From Candidatus Hydrogenedentota bacterium (lineage in GTDB: Bacteria > Hydrogenedentota > Hydrogenedentia > Hydrogenedentales > JAEUWI01), in assembly GCA_034669905.1 (NCBI GenBank), contig JAXMOL010000017.1, forward strand, positions 1-64,000: DNA of 64,000 nucleotides, written 5' to 3'. Numbering within the stretch: position 1 is the stretch's first letter; each line of letters begins with the position of its first letter. Position numbers and translations under genes: made by a program. Shown in pieces: positions 27,849 to 38,082 of the stretch. The notes under the pieces were generated by a model. That model ran no database searches, was not told where the DNA came from, and worked only from the letters and a program-made list of their open reading frames with translations.

Positions 27849-30800
27849 ATGAGCGACGAAGAAAAACAACGTCCATCCAGTCTGGACGAGGAAATGCTGA
27901 AGGCCCTGGAAGCGGCTGAGGCAGGCCTTCCGTCCCCCTTGCTGGATGATGGTTTTCTTGTCGATACGGATTTTCTCGAGGATAACTCCCCACTCGTCCG
28001 CCCGGACGGCGAGGCACCCATCGCCGCCCAGACGCCCCTGGCACGTCCCGTGCCACCGCTGCCACGCCCCCGACCGGAAACGCCGTCACGCCGTACCACG
28101 CAGACGCCGTCGACTCCCCCGACCAGTGGGCCGTTGGAAGAACTGGCCTCGGTGCCCGCCGAAACGACTCCCGATGATACGGACTATGTCTCCGGAACGG
28201 ACGATACCCTTACCGAAGAGGAACTCGCGGCACTCGTCGCACAGCGAAAGTCCGAAAAATCCGATTTCGACCCCGAGCTCCCTTTGTCACAGGAAGATCT
28301 CGACGCGCTTATCAATGGGATAGGGCATGAGGGGGATGAACATGGCGAGGACCAGGAGACTTCCACTGCGACGCCGGAAGAAGTGGAGGCACCGGACAGC
28401 GCCCCGCTGATTCCTCACGATGACTTGGGCACCGAATCTGGCGCGGAAACCGAACCTTCCGATACTCCTGCCGAAGAGACTCCCATGGCGCAAGACGAGC
28501 TCGACGCCCTGCTGGCGGGTACCGGAGCTGCAGAGGCGACCGACACACCCGACACGGCTCCCGAAGAAGCCCCCATGGCGGAAGCAGACCTCGACGCCCT
28601 CCTGGCAGGTACGGGAGCTGCGGAGGCGACCGACACCCCCGACACCGAGGCCAACGAGGCCCCCATGGCGGAAGCAGACCTCGATGCGCTCCTGGCAGGT
28701 ACGGGAGCTGCGGAGGCGACCGACACTGAGGCCGAAGAGGCCCCCATGGCGGAAGCAGACCTTGACGCCCTCCTGGCGGGTACGGGAGCTGCGGAGGCGA
28801 CCGACACACCCGACACCGAGGCCGAAGAGGCCCCCATGTCGGAAGCAGACCTTGACGCCCTCCTGGCGGGTACGGGAGCTGCGGAGGCGACCGACACACC
28901 CGACACTGAGGCCGAAGAGGCCCCCATGTCGGAAGCAGACCTTGACGCCCTCCTGGCGGGTACGGGAGCTGCGGAGGCGACCGACACACCCGACACCCCA
29001 GGCAAAGAGGCCCCCGACCTCGACGCGCTCCTGGCGGACGCCGGCGCTGCAGCGGAAAGCGACACGTCCGAAGGGGGCAGTGGCGCCATGTCGCAGGAAG
29101 ATTTGGATGCCCTCCTCGCGACGGCAGCAGAGGAATCTGAAGACGGCGCCTCCCAATCAGGTGACGACGACATTTCCGGCCACACCGATGAGGGCACCCC
29201 TACGTCAGCGACGGCCGATGGCGAAGCGGCATTGGATGAAACGAATCTTGACGCCGTATTGGGCGGGCCCCGTGAGGAGCAGGTGCTGGATGGGTCCCAG
29301 CTTGACGCCCCCGTCATCCCCGAAGAGGATTCCCCCGAGGTCTCGTTGAGCCAGTCAAGCATCGACTCGCTCATGGCCGATCTGGACAGCTCTGGCGCGC
29401 TGGACGGCCTCCCTGCAAGCCCCGAGGCGGAAAGCCCGCCGGACGATGAAGCGGAAGAAGAAGAGATTGGCGACATTTCGCAGGACATGATCGATTCGCT
29501 CATCGCGAGTGCCCAGCAGGAAGCCACCGATGAACGCAGTGCCGCGTCGAAGAGCGAGATCGGATCGGAGAATCTTGCGGCAGCGGCGGCCTCGGAATCG
29601 GGTTCCGAAAGCCTGTCTCAGAGTGATCTGGACAAACTCATCGAGGCCTCCAAGAACGGAGATACGGGCCCCGCGCCCGCGTCACCTGCTCCCCTTCAAG
29701 AGGGCGATGGCGCCTCCTCTGCCGACACCGCGCTTTCGCCCGAAGCGGGTTCCGCTCGAGGAACAGGTCGGGGCAAACGATTCCGCAAGCAGTCGCCCCT
29801 GGTCCCCTTCGTCCAGGAAAACGCCGTCCGCCTCGCTGCGTGCCTGACCATGGGCACGCTGATCGCCCTGGGTACTGGCGGCATCCTTACCCTGAACCGG
29901 GAGCACCGTCCCGATGCCGGTATGGAGCGGGCGTTGGACTCCCTCGAGATCGCGCTGACCCGGGCACGCGACAAGATGGCCTCCGGAGATTACGTGGGCG
30001 TTGTGGAAGAATTGGACGAGCCCATCGCGGCCGCCTATCCGGGACAACTGCGAAGTGACGCCCTCTTCGTTCGTCTGGAAGCCCAGTTTCGGGCGTTTCG
30101 GGGTGAATGGGGCACGCCGGAGTTCGACCAGATGACGGCGAATATCGACGATGTGCTGAAGGAAGTACCCTCTCACCCGCGGATTCCCGAGGCGCTGTAT
30201 TGGAAGGCAAAGCTCTTTACCGCGGATCAGCCCATCCTCGCCTTGGATATCTACAAGAATATTTTCGAACAGTACGCGGATGCACCCGAGCGGGATCGCA
30301 TGTTGATTGAGGCGTCCCAACTCGCCCTGGAGCAAGAGGACCCGCTGACCGCGGCCATCTACGCACAAAACCTGCTTTCCAACTATCCCGCTTCTCCCTG
30401 GGCGGGGGAGGCCAAATTGGCTATTGGGGATGCCAACGTCAAAGCAGGCAACTACAGCGACGCCCGCACCATGTTTATCCGGGTGGCCCAAAGTTCTCCT
30501 GACTCTGCACTGGCTGCTAAAGCCTTTGTCCGTCTTGGCCGTCTGGCCTATGAATCCGGCCAGTATAAGAATGCCGAGATGCACCTGAAGAATCAGATCG
30601 AGACATCGACCCACCTGGAAGGCAATGACGAGGTGTACTTGCTCCTCGCCCAGACCTACCGCGCCTCCGGCCAGTTAGAAAATGCGCGGGATACCCTGAC
30701 CGATTTGTTGACCTTCTTTGAAGACAGCCCCCTCCGACCACAGGCCTTTATCGAGAACGCGCAGGTCCTAGAGGCCCTGGGAGAGCGGGAGCGCGCCATT

Positions 30801-31928
30801 AAGACCGCGCAGCGGGCCACCCTGGAGTATCCCAACAACCCCGATGTGCTGAAGAACAACGGCGAGCTTCAGGGGCTGGACGGCAACCCCCTGGCGGCCG
30901 CCATCGCTTTCGTGGCGGCCGACAAGGCGGGCGCCGCCGACCCGAGTCTCTTGCTGAATGCCGCTCGCTACTATCGGACCGCGAACATGCCCACCGAGGC
31001 CACCCGCACCTATCAACGTCTGAAGACCTTGTACGCGGGCTCCCCGGAAGCACTCTCGGGCAGCATCGAAGCGGCCCGGCTGCGCTACGAGCAGGGCGGC
31101 ACGGAAGGCGCCCTGGACGATCTGACGTCGCTCCTGGCGGCCACCCGGGGCACGCGCCACCAATTGCCCACCCTGGAGGCCATCCAATCGATTTACCGGG
31201 ACCTGGGACTGCCCGACCATATCAGGACCACGGCCCGCGATATTGTGTCCGTCGCGACCGAGCCAGAGACCCTGGCCCAGGCCGCCATCGACCTCATCGA
31301 CAATGGTGATTTAGAAAACGCGCAGGCCGCCATTGGAAAGCTGGATCTCAATCGGCTGCGTACCCGAACCGCCTTCTCCCTGCTGATGAAGGAAGGCGAA
31401 GCCCTCCTTTCCATCGCGCCCCAGCGGGGACTGGAAAAGATGGAACAGGCCTACTTCAATTATCCAGAAGCCCGTACCCGCCCCTCGGACCAAAAGCTGC
31501 TGCGGACCTATCTTGACACAGGGCGTGCCGCCGCCGCGCGCCGCATGGTCATGGATCTCAAGGCCCATGTGGAGACCGCCCCCATCGACACGCCCTATCT
31601 GGTGGACGCGGCCATCGCGTGGGGAGACTTTCTCTACGACAAAGAAGACTATCGGACGGCGGTTTTCGCCTTCTCGATTGCCGAAGACTCCACGTCCAAC
31701 AGCAAACTCCCGGTCACGGGACTCCGCTCCGATCCCGAGTGGGCCCGCTACCAGCGCGCCAACGCCCTGCTACAACTGGCGGATTACGAAGGTTGCCTCA
31801 GCCTTTACGAATCCATTGCAGCCTCCGATTCGCCCTGGGCCCAGGAGGCGGCTGTCAAGGCCAACCTGGCCCGGCTCGAACAACGGCAACGGGGTGTACC
31901 CGTTGCCCAGAATAATCCGGCAGGTTAA
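27849..31928 (+). CDS. large single-pass membrane protein: acidic N-terminal region with repeated LSQxxLDALL helices, TM, periplasmic TPR array
   Basis: About 650-aa acidic low-complexity region, basic patch RGKRFRKQ, TM (LAACLTMGTLIALGTGGILTL), multiple TPRs (EALYWKAK, EAKLAIGD, KAFVRLGRL, EVYLLLAQTY). Confidence 0.9.
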   Translation: MSDEEKQRPSSLDEEMLKALEAAEAGLPSPLLDDGFLVDTDFLEDNSPLVRPDGEAPIAAQTPLARPVPPLPRPRPETPSRRTTQTPSTPPTSGPLEELASVPAETTPDDTDYVSGTDDTLTEEELAALVAQRKSEKSDFDPELPLSQEDLDALINGIGHEGDEHGEDQETSTATPEEVEAPDSAPLIPHDDLGTESGAETEPSDTPAEETPMAQDELDALLAGTGAAEATDTPDTAPEEAPMAEADLDALLAGTGAAEATDTPDTEANEAPMAEADLDALLAGTGAAEATDTEAEEAPMAEADLDALLAGTGAAEATDTPDTEAEEAPMSEADLDALLAGTGAAEATDTPDTEAEEAPMSEADLDALLAGTGAAEATDTPDTPGKEAPDLDALLADAGAAAESDTSEGGSGAMSQEDLDALLATAAEESEDGASQSGDDDISGHTDEGTPTSATADGEAALDETNLDAVLGGPREEQVLDGSQLDAPVIPEEDSPEVSLSQSSIDSLMADLDSSGALDGLPASPEAESPPDDEAEEEEIGDISQDMIDSLIASAQQEATDERSAASKSEIGSENLAAAAASESGSESLSQSDLDKLIEASKNGDTGPAPASPAPLQEGDGASSADTALSPEAGSARGTGRGKRFRKQSPLVPFVQENAVRLAACLTMGTLIALGTGGILTLNREHRPDAGMERALDSLEIALTRARDKMASGDYVGVVEELDEPIAAAYPGQLRSDALFVRLEAQFRAFRGEWGTPEFDQMTANIDDVLKEVPSHPRIPEALYWKAKLFTADQPILALDIYKNIFEQYADAPERDRMLIEASQLALEQEDPLTAAIYAQNLLSNYPASPWAGEAKLAIGDANVKAGNYSDARTMFIRVAQSSPDSALAAKAFVRLGRLAYESGQYKNAEMHLKNQIETSTHLEGNDEVYLLLAQTYRASGQLENARDTLTDLLTFFEDSPLRPQAFIENAQVLEALGERERAIKTAQRATLEYPNNPDVLKNNGELQGLDGNPLAAAIAFVAADKAGAADPSLLLNAARYYRTANMPTEATRTYQRLKTLYAGSPEALSGSIEAARLRYEQGGTEGALDDLTSLLAATRGTRHQLPTLEAIQSIYRDLGLPDHIRTTARDIVSVATEPETLAQAAIDLIDNGDLENAQAAIGKLDLNRLRTRTAFSLLMKEGEALLSIAPQRGLEKMEQAYFNYPEARTRPSDQKLLRTYLDTGRAAAARRMVMDLKAHVETAPIDTPYLVDAAIAWGDFLYDKEDYRTAVFAFSIAEDSTSNSKLPVTGLRSDPEWARYQRANALLQLADYEGCLSLYESIAASDSPWAQEAAVKANLARLEQRQRGVPVAQNNPAG
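28482..29060 (+). repeat. coding tandem repeat with a 90-bp (30-aa) unit: six units plus a truncated seventh
   Basis: Units start at 28482, 28572, 28662, 28743 (preceding unit 81 bp), 28833, 28923, with a partial unit at 29013; encodes PM(A/S)EADLDALLAGTGAAEATDTPDTEAEEA. Confidence 0.95.
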
Positions 31929-31930
31929 CT

Positions 31931-32368
31931 ATGCCCACCTACCCGCTCGCTTACCGTATCGAAGACTTCCTACGACGTCAGATCGCGTGGGCCGACCAGG
32001 TGCTGACTGAGCTGGATGCCGTCCCGGATGCATCCGCCGAGTCCCTCGAATCACTCGTCTTGCACCAGCAACAGCGACAAAAGGAGGCCCGAGATTTCGC
32101 CCGGGAGTACAACGGCCTCGCAGCGGAATGGCGACGCGATGAGGAGACGACCGACGAAGAACGGGCTCGAATTCGCGTCCAGTCGGAACGGGCCCAGGGG
32201 CTGATGACCACCCTTCAATCCCGCTTTGACACCGTGCAAGAACGTGCGGACCAACAAGCCGCCCGACTGCGCCAGGAAGTGAATGACTTGCGCCGTGGCG
32301 GCCGCTCTGTCACTATTTACCAGACGGAGCTCTTGACCGCTCCGGAATTCGTCGACAAGAAGGCCTGA
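31931..32368 (+). CDS. FlgN/FliT-like helical flagellar chaperone (putative)
   Basis: All-helical 145 aa, C-terminal FVDKKA typical of FlgN-like proteins; flagellar regulatory operon context. Confidence 0.55.
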   Translation: MPTYPLAYRIEDFLRRQIAWADQVLTELDAVPDASAESLESLVLHQQQRQKEARDFAREYNGLAAEWRRDEETTDEERARIRVQSERAQGLMTTLQSRFDTVQERADQQAARLRQEVNDLRRGGRSVTIYQTELLTAPEFVDKKA

Positions 32369-32441
32369 ATCGCTGCTTGCCCGCCGGGCAGGCCCAACCC
32401 GGCAACACGTAGAAAATTTCAGCAGAGAGTATAGCGCGCGT

Positions 32442-33590
32442 ATGGAAGCACCAAAAACGGACGTCGAGGCCCTGGCACAGGCCTTTGATCTCTTTACCAA
32501 GACAACCGCCAGCATGGAGGAGGCCTATCGGCATCTCCAGCAACGGGTCACCGATCTGGATCAGGAACTGGCCACCAAGAATCTGCAGTTGGCCCTCACG
32601 ACCGATTACCTTTCCAACCTGCTCGAAAGCATTTCTGACGGCGTGATCGCCGTGGACACCCAGGAAACCGTGACCCGATTCAACCGGGCCGCCAGTCTGG
32701 TGCTCGGTTTTTCCGCCGAGGAAATCGTCGGACAGTCTTTTTCCAAGGTCTTCGGACGTCCCTTTGCCGCCACGACAACGCCGGGCACCACGGAGTTAGA
32801 GGCCAAAAGCGGGCGGGCCGTGCCGGTAAGCGAACGGGATTCGGTTATTGCCGACCGCGATGGTAACCGCCTGGGCTACGTAAAGACGTTTCAGGATCTG
32901 AGTGAACTGAGTGCCCTGCGGGAACAGGTGCGACAGATTGACCGTCTGGCGGCCATCGGCGAGATGGCGGCCACGGTGGCCCATGAAATCCGCAATCCGC
33001 TGGGCGGCATTCGGGGTTTTGCCACCTTCCTTTCCCAGGACACCCCCGAAGACGATCCGCGGCACCGACTGGTCCAGAAAATTCTCGTGGGTACGGCCAG
33101 CCTCGAGAAGGTGGTCAACGGATTGCTGGAGTACACGCGGCCGGTAGAACTGAAAATGACGCCCACCTCCTGCGCGAGCATTGCCCAGGCTGCCATGCGC
33201 TATATGGAATATGACCCCAACAAGGTGACGATTTTCACGGAAATCGCGCCCGACTTGCGAATCCTGGCCGACGGCGATAAGATCCGGCAAGTGTTGATGA
33301 ATATCCTGGTCAACGCGGTGCAGAGTATTGAGTCGAAAGGAGAGATTCGCCTCACGGCCGTTGCCGGTGAAAACGTCGTTCACCTGTCGATACAAGACAC
33401 GGGCTCCGGCATGGATGAAGAAGCCCTGAAACAGATCTTCTCTCCTTTTTTTACCACCAAAGAAAAAGGCACGGGGCTGGGCATGGCCGTATCGCAGAAA
33501 ATCGTCGAAGGACACGGTGGCGTGCTCTCAGCCCATAGCGTGGCGGGTGAAGGCACCCGTATCGCGATCCAACTACCCCGCGCGGAGTAA
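32442..33590 (+). CDS. PAS sensor histidine kinase, FleS/FlrB-like
   Basis: N-terminal LAQAFDLF..LQQRV coil, PAS (ESISDGVIAVD), AHEIRNPLGGI, PFFTTKEKGTGLG; no TM. Confidence 0.92.
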   Translation: MEAPKTDVEALAQAFDLFTKTTASMEEAYRHLQQRVTDLDQELATKNLQLALTTDYLSNLLESISDGVIAVDTQETVTRFNRAASLVLGFSAEEIVGQSFSKVFGRPFAATTTPGTTELEAKSGRAVPVSERDSVIADRDGNRLGYVKTFQDLSELSALREQVRQIDRLAAIGEMAATVAHEIRNPLGGIRGFATFLSQDTPEDDPRHRLVQKILVGTASLEKVVNGLLEYTRPVELKMTPTSCASIAQAAMRYMEYDPNKVTIFTEIAPDLRILADGDKIRQVLMNILVNAVQSIESKGEIRLTAVAGENVVHLSIQDTGSGMDEEALKQIFSPFFTTKEKGTGLGMAVSQKIVEGHGGVLSAHSVAGEGTRIAIQLPRAE

Positions 33591-33598
33591 GTATAGGT

Positions 33599-34984
33599 AT
33601 GACCATTTCTCCCTCGAAACACCGTATTCTCGTCGTGGACGATGAATTGCTTATGCGAGAGTATGTGGAAGAGGCCCTCCTGCGCGCAGGCTATCTGGTC
33701 GACACCGCCACGAATGGGGCCGATGGGCTGGCCCTTTTCGAAACCCATCAGCACGATGTGGTGGTTACCGATTTGAAGATGACCCCCATGGACGGACTCG
33801 CCGTGCTGCAGGGGGTCCTGGAGAAGCACCCCGAGACCCGCGTGATTGTCATGACGGCCTACGGCACCATCGAAACTGCGGTGCGTGCGCTGAAAGGGGG
33901 GGCCACCGACTATATTCTAAAACCCTTCGCGCCCGACGTATTGGAGCTGGCCGTCACCCGGGCCCTGGAATTGGCCCGACTGACGCAAGAAAACCGCTAC
34001 TTACGGGAAGAGCTGAATACACGCTATGACAGCGGCGCCATGGTCGGCTACAGCCCGGCGATGGAGCAGGTCAAGCAGGATATTGCCAAGGTGGTGGATA
34101 GTCGCGCGACGGTGCTCATCCGTGGTGCGAGCGGTACCGGTAAGGAGCTGGTTGCCCGGGCCATTCATCATGGCGGTTCCCGCACCAACAAGCCCTTCAT
34201 CAAGGTAAACTGTGCGGCCCTCTCGGCGGGCATTCTGGAGAGCGAATTATTCGGACACGAGAAAGGGGCCTTTACGGGTGCCCATGATCGCAAGATTGGC
34301 CGCTTCGAACTCGCGGACGGTGGCACCCTGCTGCTCGACGAAGTGAGTGAGATCAACATTGAGCTCCAGGCCAAGTTACTCCGTGCCCTGCAGGAACGGG
34401 AAATCGAGCGGGTCGGTGGCACGCAGACCATCCCCGTGGATACGCGCATCGTGGCCACCTCCAACCGCGATCTGGAGGAAGCCGTTGCCGAGGGGACCTT
34501 TCGGGAAGACCTGTTTTTCCGGCTCAACGTCATCACGATTCAGCTGCCACCGCTCCGGGAGCGGCGGGACGATATCGCGCGCCTGGCGGAGCATTTCTTC
34601 AACGTGTTCAACCGCGAGAATGGCCGCAATCTACGTGGGATTTCCAAAGCCGCTCAAGAGGCCCTGGTGGCGTACAGTTGGCCAGGAAACGTGCGGGAAC
34701 TACAGAACGCAATCGAACGCGCGGTCGTGTTGGCCAGCGGCAAGGAACTCACGCCAGAGGATTTTCAGTTCAATACGGCGGCCCTGCTGAAATCGGAAGC
34801 CCCTCCGGGGCTCTCGGCAGGCACAACGGTCTCGGACATGGAACGGCAACTCATTTTTACGACGCTCGAGCACTGCAGTCAGAATCGCACCCGGGCTTCT
34901 GAACTTCTCGGGATCAGCGTCCGTACCCTGCGCAATAAGCTGAAGGAATACCAGGAAGCGGGTATTGAAGTACCTTCGGCCTGA
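33599..34984 (+). CDS. sigma54-dependent response regulator, FleR/FlrC-like
   Basis: REC (VVDDE, TDLKM), GASGTGKE, GAFTGA, LLLDEV, WPGNVREL, HTH LGISVRTLRNKL. Confidence 0.95.
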   Translation: MTISPSKHRILVVDDELLMREYVEEALLRAGYLVDTATNGADGLALFETHQHDVVVTDLKMTPMDGLAVLQGVLEKHPETRVIVMTAYGTIETAVRALKGGATDYILKPFAPDVLELAVTRALELARLTQENRYLREELNTRYDSGAMVGYSPAMEQVKQDIAKVVDSRATVLIRGASGTGKELVARAIHHGGSRTNKPFIKVNCAALSAGILESELFGHEKGAFTGAHDRKIGRFELADGGTLLLDEVSEINIELQAKLLRALQEREIERVGGTQTIPVDTRIVATSNRDLEEAVAEGTFREDLFFRLNVITIQLPPLRERRDDIARLAEHFFNVFNRENGRNLRGISKAAQEALVAYSWPGNVRELQNAIERAVVLASGKELTPEDFQFNTAALLKSEAPPGLSAGTTVSDMERQLIFTTLEHCSQNRTRASELLGISVRTLRNKLKEYQEAGIEVPSA

Positions 34985-35012
34985 GGCCGGGCGGAAGGGC
35001 GAGCCGGCACGC

Positions 35013-36092
35013 ATGGATGCGACGCGTCACAAGGGGGCATCAGGGTACGGCCTTCACCAACTGGCCATCGCGCTGCCTCCCACCGTCTTCATCGTCAGCA
35101 ACGCCGTCTTCCTGGCGCTCCTGCGCTTCGCCCACATGGACACGGTCATACGGATCACCTACAACACGAATACCCTCTACACCCCCCTGCTCCTCGCGGG
35201 CGCCGCACTCGTATTGTTCCTCGCCCCCCCGGGAAGACCACGCATCGCTACCGTCTGGCTCATGGTGGCGCTTCTTCTCATTTCGCTGCGGATATACGGG
35301 ACGCACCTTGAACCGCACCGCCTACAGGTACGGGAGCTTACCATTCACACTCCGAAGGTCCAACGTCCCCTGACCGTGCTCCACATGTCCGACATTCAAT
35401 CGGCGGGGGTAGGCCGTTATGAAGAGAAGGTCTTCGCCCGTATTCGGGCACTGAATCCCGATCTCCTTCTCTACACCGGCGATTTCCTCCAGCCCGTCGG
35501 CAAGGCCACCTTCGAAAGCGAACTCCCAAAGCTCGCGGCGCTTTTTGCCACCCTCGCTCCCCCACTTGGCATGTATGCGGTAGAAGGAGAAAGTGACCAC
35601 GCTCTGAAGAGCCATGATGCAGCGGCCCTGGGCGGCATTCGGTTCCTTCACACAGAAGCCGTGGTAATTGAGTGGGATGGGGCGCCGATCAGAATTCTCG
35701 GTCTCCAGCTCTCCGATACCCGAACGCGCGGTGTCGTCCCCCTGGAGACAATTGACCGATGGTTGGCCGAGTCTCCGGACGATGCACTGAACATCGTGAT
35801 GGGGCACCGACCGGATTACATGATGCGACTGCACGAGCGCACCGTTGATTTGTGTCTCGCCGGGCACACCCACGGTGGACAAATCCGCCTTCCATTTTAT
35901 GGCCCACTGATTACCTCATCGGGAGTTCCCCGGGACTGGGCCCGGGGTTTTCGCACGGAGGGACAGGCACGCTTCAATGTCTCCGCTGGAATCGGTTCCG
36001 GTCACAACAAAGGACTGCCGGCGATCCGCTTCAACTGCCCACCGGAGATGACCGTGATCCATATACTTCCCGAAGTCCCGCCGGTGCATTGA
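35013..36092 (+). CDS. membrane-anchored metallophosphoesterase (YkuE-like), paralog 1
   Basis: Three N-terminal TM, HLEPHRLQV, SDIQ, TGDF, GESDH, GHRPD, AGHTHGGQIRLP, SAGIG, CPPE. Confidence 0.9.
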   Translation: MDATRHKGASGYGLHQLAIALPPTVFIVSNAVFLALLRFAHMDTVIRITYNTNTLYTPLLLAGAALVLFLAPPGRPRIATVWLMVALLLISLRIYGTHLEPHRLQVRELTIHTPKVQRPLTVLHMSDIQSAGVGRYEEKVFARIRALNPDLLLYTGDFLQPVGKATFESELPKLAALFATLAPPLGMYAVEGESDHALKSHDAAALGGIRFLHTEAVVIEWDGAPIRILGLQLSDTRTRGVVPLETIDRWLAESPDDALNIVMGHRPDYMMRLHERTVDLCLAGHTHGGQIRLPFYGPLITSSGVPRDWARGFRTEGQARFNVSAGIGSGHNKGLPAIRFNCPPEMTVIHILPEVPPVH

Positions 36093-36195
36093 CGCGGCTA
36101 TGGCAATATGTCACTATTCTTAGCGTGAGTCTCCCTGTGTCGGGCGCGGCTCATTGTGAGGCCGAACGTATACCGTTCTGGGAGGCAACTGTCGA

Positions 36196-38082
36196 ATGAC
36201 GAAGGTACCACGGCTGTCCACCATGGTGGACACCGCCGGACCGTCAGGAAAAGCGGGCACAAGCGTGTATTATCCAGCGCTACTGATTCTGGGGGTCGGC
36301 ATCATCGCGACGATCGCCGCCGTGCTCTGGTCCATCAGCCTGGCGGAGTCGGAGGCCCAACTGCGCTTCGAACGCCGAAGCGACCGCCTGGTAACAGAGA
36401 TTCAACGTCGGGTACAGCTGACCGGCCATGGCCTGATGGGGGCGCGGGACCTCTACATGGGCAGCACGAATGTGAGTCGCTCGGATTTTCGTGACTATGT
36501 AGAATCCCGGGATTTCCGTCGCGAGTTCCCCGGTGCGATTGGCTTTGGCGTGGTTGAGCGGGTACTGCGCGAGGAGCTCGAGGCCTTCGTAGCGGCGGAA
36601 CGCGCCGATCAGGCCCCCCACTATGACGTGGTAGACCCGGGTTCCCATGAGGACCTCTATCCCATCAAATACATTGAACCCCTGGCGCAGAATCAGGGGG
36701 CGCTGGGCTTTGATATCGGGTCCGACCCGGTTCGTCGGGCTGCCGTTGAGAAGGCCATCCGCACCGGGGAGCACAGCCTCACGCCGCCGATTCAATTGGT
36801 CCAGGACGCCAGCGCCCGCGCGGGCTTTCTCTATCTGGTACCCCTCTATAAAAAAGATGCCACTGTCACGTCACCGGAGGAACGCCTGGAAAACCTGCTG
36901 GGGCTGGTTTTCGCGCCCATCACAATTGGCACCGTTCTGACCGATTCGGAAGAACTTACCGCGGGCATGATACATTTTTCCCTGTATGATGGCGCCATTG
37001 CGATGGAGTCCGACCCATTCTTTCAAAGCCCCCCATCCCTGCCGGTGGAAGCCCATGCCAGCGGCCAGGCCTTGCCGTTGGACGGCCGTTTTCAATCGAA
37101 CGGTATCTGCATGATTGCCGATCGCGTCTGGACCGTCCAGACCCATTCGACTCCTACATTCGATGCCACGCTTGACCGTCAGACCGCCATCCGTGCCGCC
37201 ACGGTTGGAACGGCGCTGACGCTCCTGCTCAGCTTCCTTATAGGTGTCTTATCAATCTATCGCTCCCAGTCCACCGCGCTGGCCCATCACCATGCCCTCG
37301 CCGTGGCGCGGGAGTCTGACAATGCCACGTTGGAGCGCTTGCTGGAAGAGCGCTCCCGTGAACTGGAAGCGACACAACGGGAGTTACTCAAGAAGGAGCG
37401 CATGGCCGTTCTGGGAGAACTGATTTCCACCGTAAGTCACGAATTACGGACGCCTCTGGGTACGATCCAGGCCTCCATCTATACGGTAAAGAAGCGTGCC
37501 GAAAATTCCGACCTCGGTCTGGAAGCGCCCATCGAGCGGGCTGCGCGAAACATTCACCGGTGCGACCGCATCATCGAAGAGCTGTTGGACTACACCCGTA
37601 GCCGCCCCCTGGAATGCACCCTGACCGACGTGGACCGCTGGGTTCAGGAAACCCTGGCTGACTTTCCATTCCCGGATGGGGTGAAGGTCGAGGCCGATTT
37701 GCGAAGTGGCATCACGATTCCCATTGATCAGTCCAACATCCGACGTTGTCTCGTAAACGCCCTTCAGAACGCCTGCGACGCCATGGTCGGAATTGATGTA
37801 AAAACGCAGAAACCGGAGGGAGCATCCGTGACCGTAAGCACCCAAATCGAAGGGGACCGTCTCGTCATTGCGGTTCGCGACAACGGGTGCGGCATTTCAA
37901 TGACCAATATGGAGCGTATCCACGAACCACTCTTCACGACGAAGAGTTTGGGAATCGGCCTGGGCATCCCCATTGTCACGGAAATCCTGGCCTTTCATGG
38001 CGGGGGGCTGGAGATTCAGAGTGACGAGGGCGTCGGTACCACGGTTTCCATGTGGCTCCCCACGCCGGAGGAAGCCTCATGA
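36196..38082 (+). CDS. CHASE-domain sensor histidine kinase
   Basis: TM-CHASE (YIEP..N..ALGFDIGSDPVRR, PIQLVQD)-TM, SHELRTPL, NALQNACDAM, DNGCGI, GIGLG. Confidence 0.93.
   Translation: MTKVPRLSTMVDTAGPSGKAGTSVYYPALLILGVGIIATIAAVLWSISLAESEAQLRFERRSDRLVTEIQRRVQLTGHGLMGARDLYMGSTNVSRSDFRDYVESRDFRREFPGAIGFGVVERVLREELEAFVAAERADQAPHYDVVDPGSHEDLYPIKYIEPLAQNQGALGFDIGSDPVRRAAVEKAIRTGEHSLTPPIQLVQDASARAGFLYLVPLYKKDATVTSPEERLENLLGLVFAPITIGTVLTDSEELTAGMIHFSLYDGAIAMESDPFFQSPPSLPVEAHASGQALPLDGRFQSNGICMIADRVWTVQTHSTPTFDATLDRQTAIRAATVGTALTLLLSFLIGVLSIYRSQSTALAHHHALAVARESDNATLERLLEERSRELEATQRELLKKERMAVLGELISTVSHELRTPLGTIQASIYTVKKRAENSDLGLEAPIERAARNIHRCDRIIEELLDYTRSRPLECTLTDVDRWVQETLADFPFPDGVKVEADLRSGITIPIDQSNIRRCLVNALQNACDAMVGIDVKTQKPEGASVTVSTQIEGDRLVIAVRDNGCGISMTNMERIHEPLFTTKSLGIGLGIPIVTEILAFHGGGLEIQSDEGVGTTVSMWLPTPEEAS

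Noticed and set aside
28482..29060. Tandem repeat as a CRISPR array
   Set aside because: No unique spacers, units are multiples of 3 inside a CDS, and there are no cas genes.
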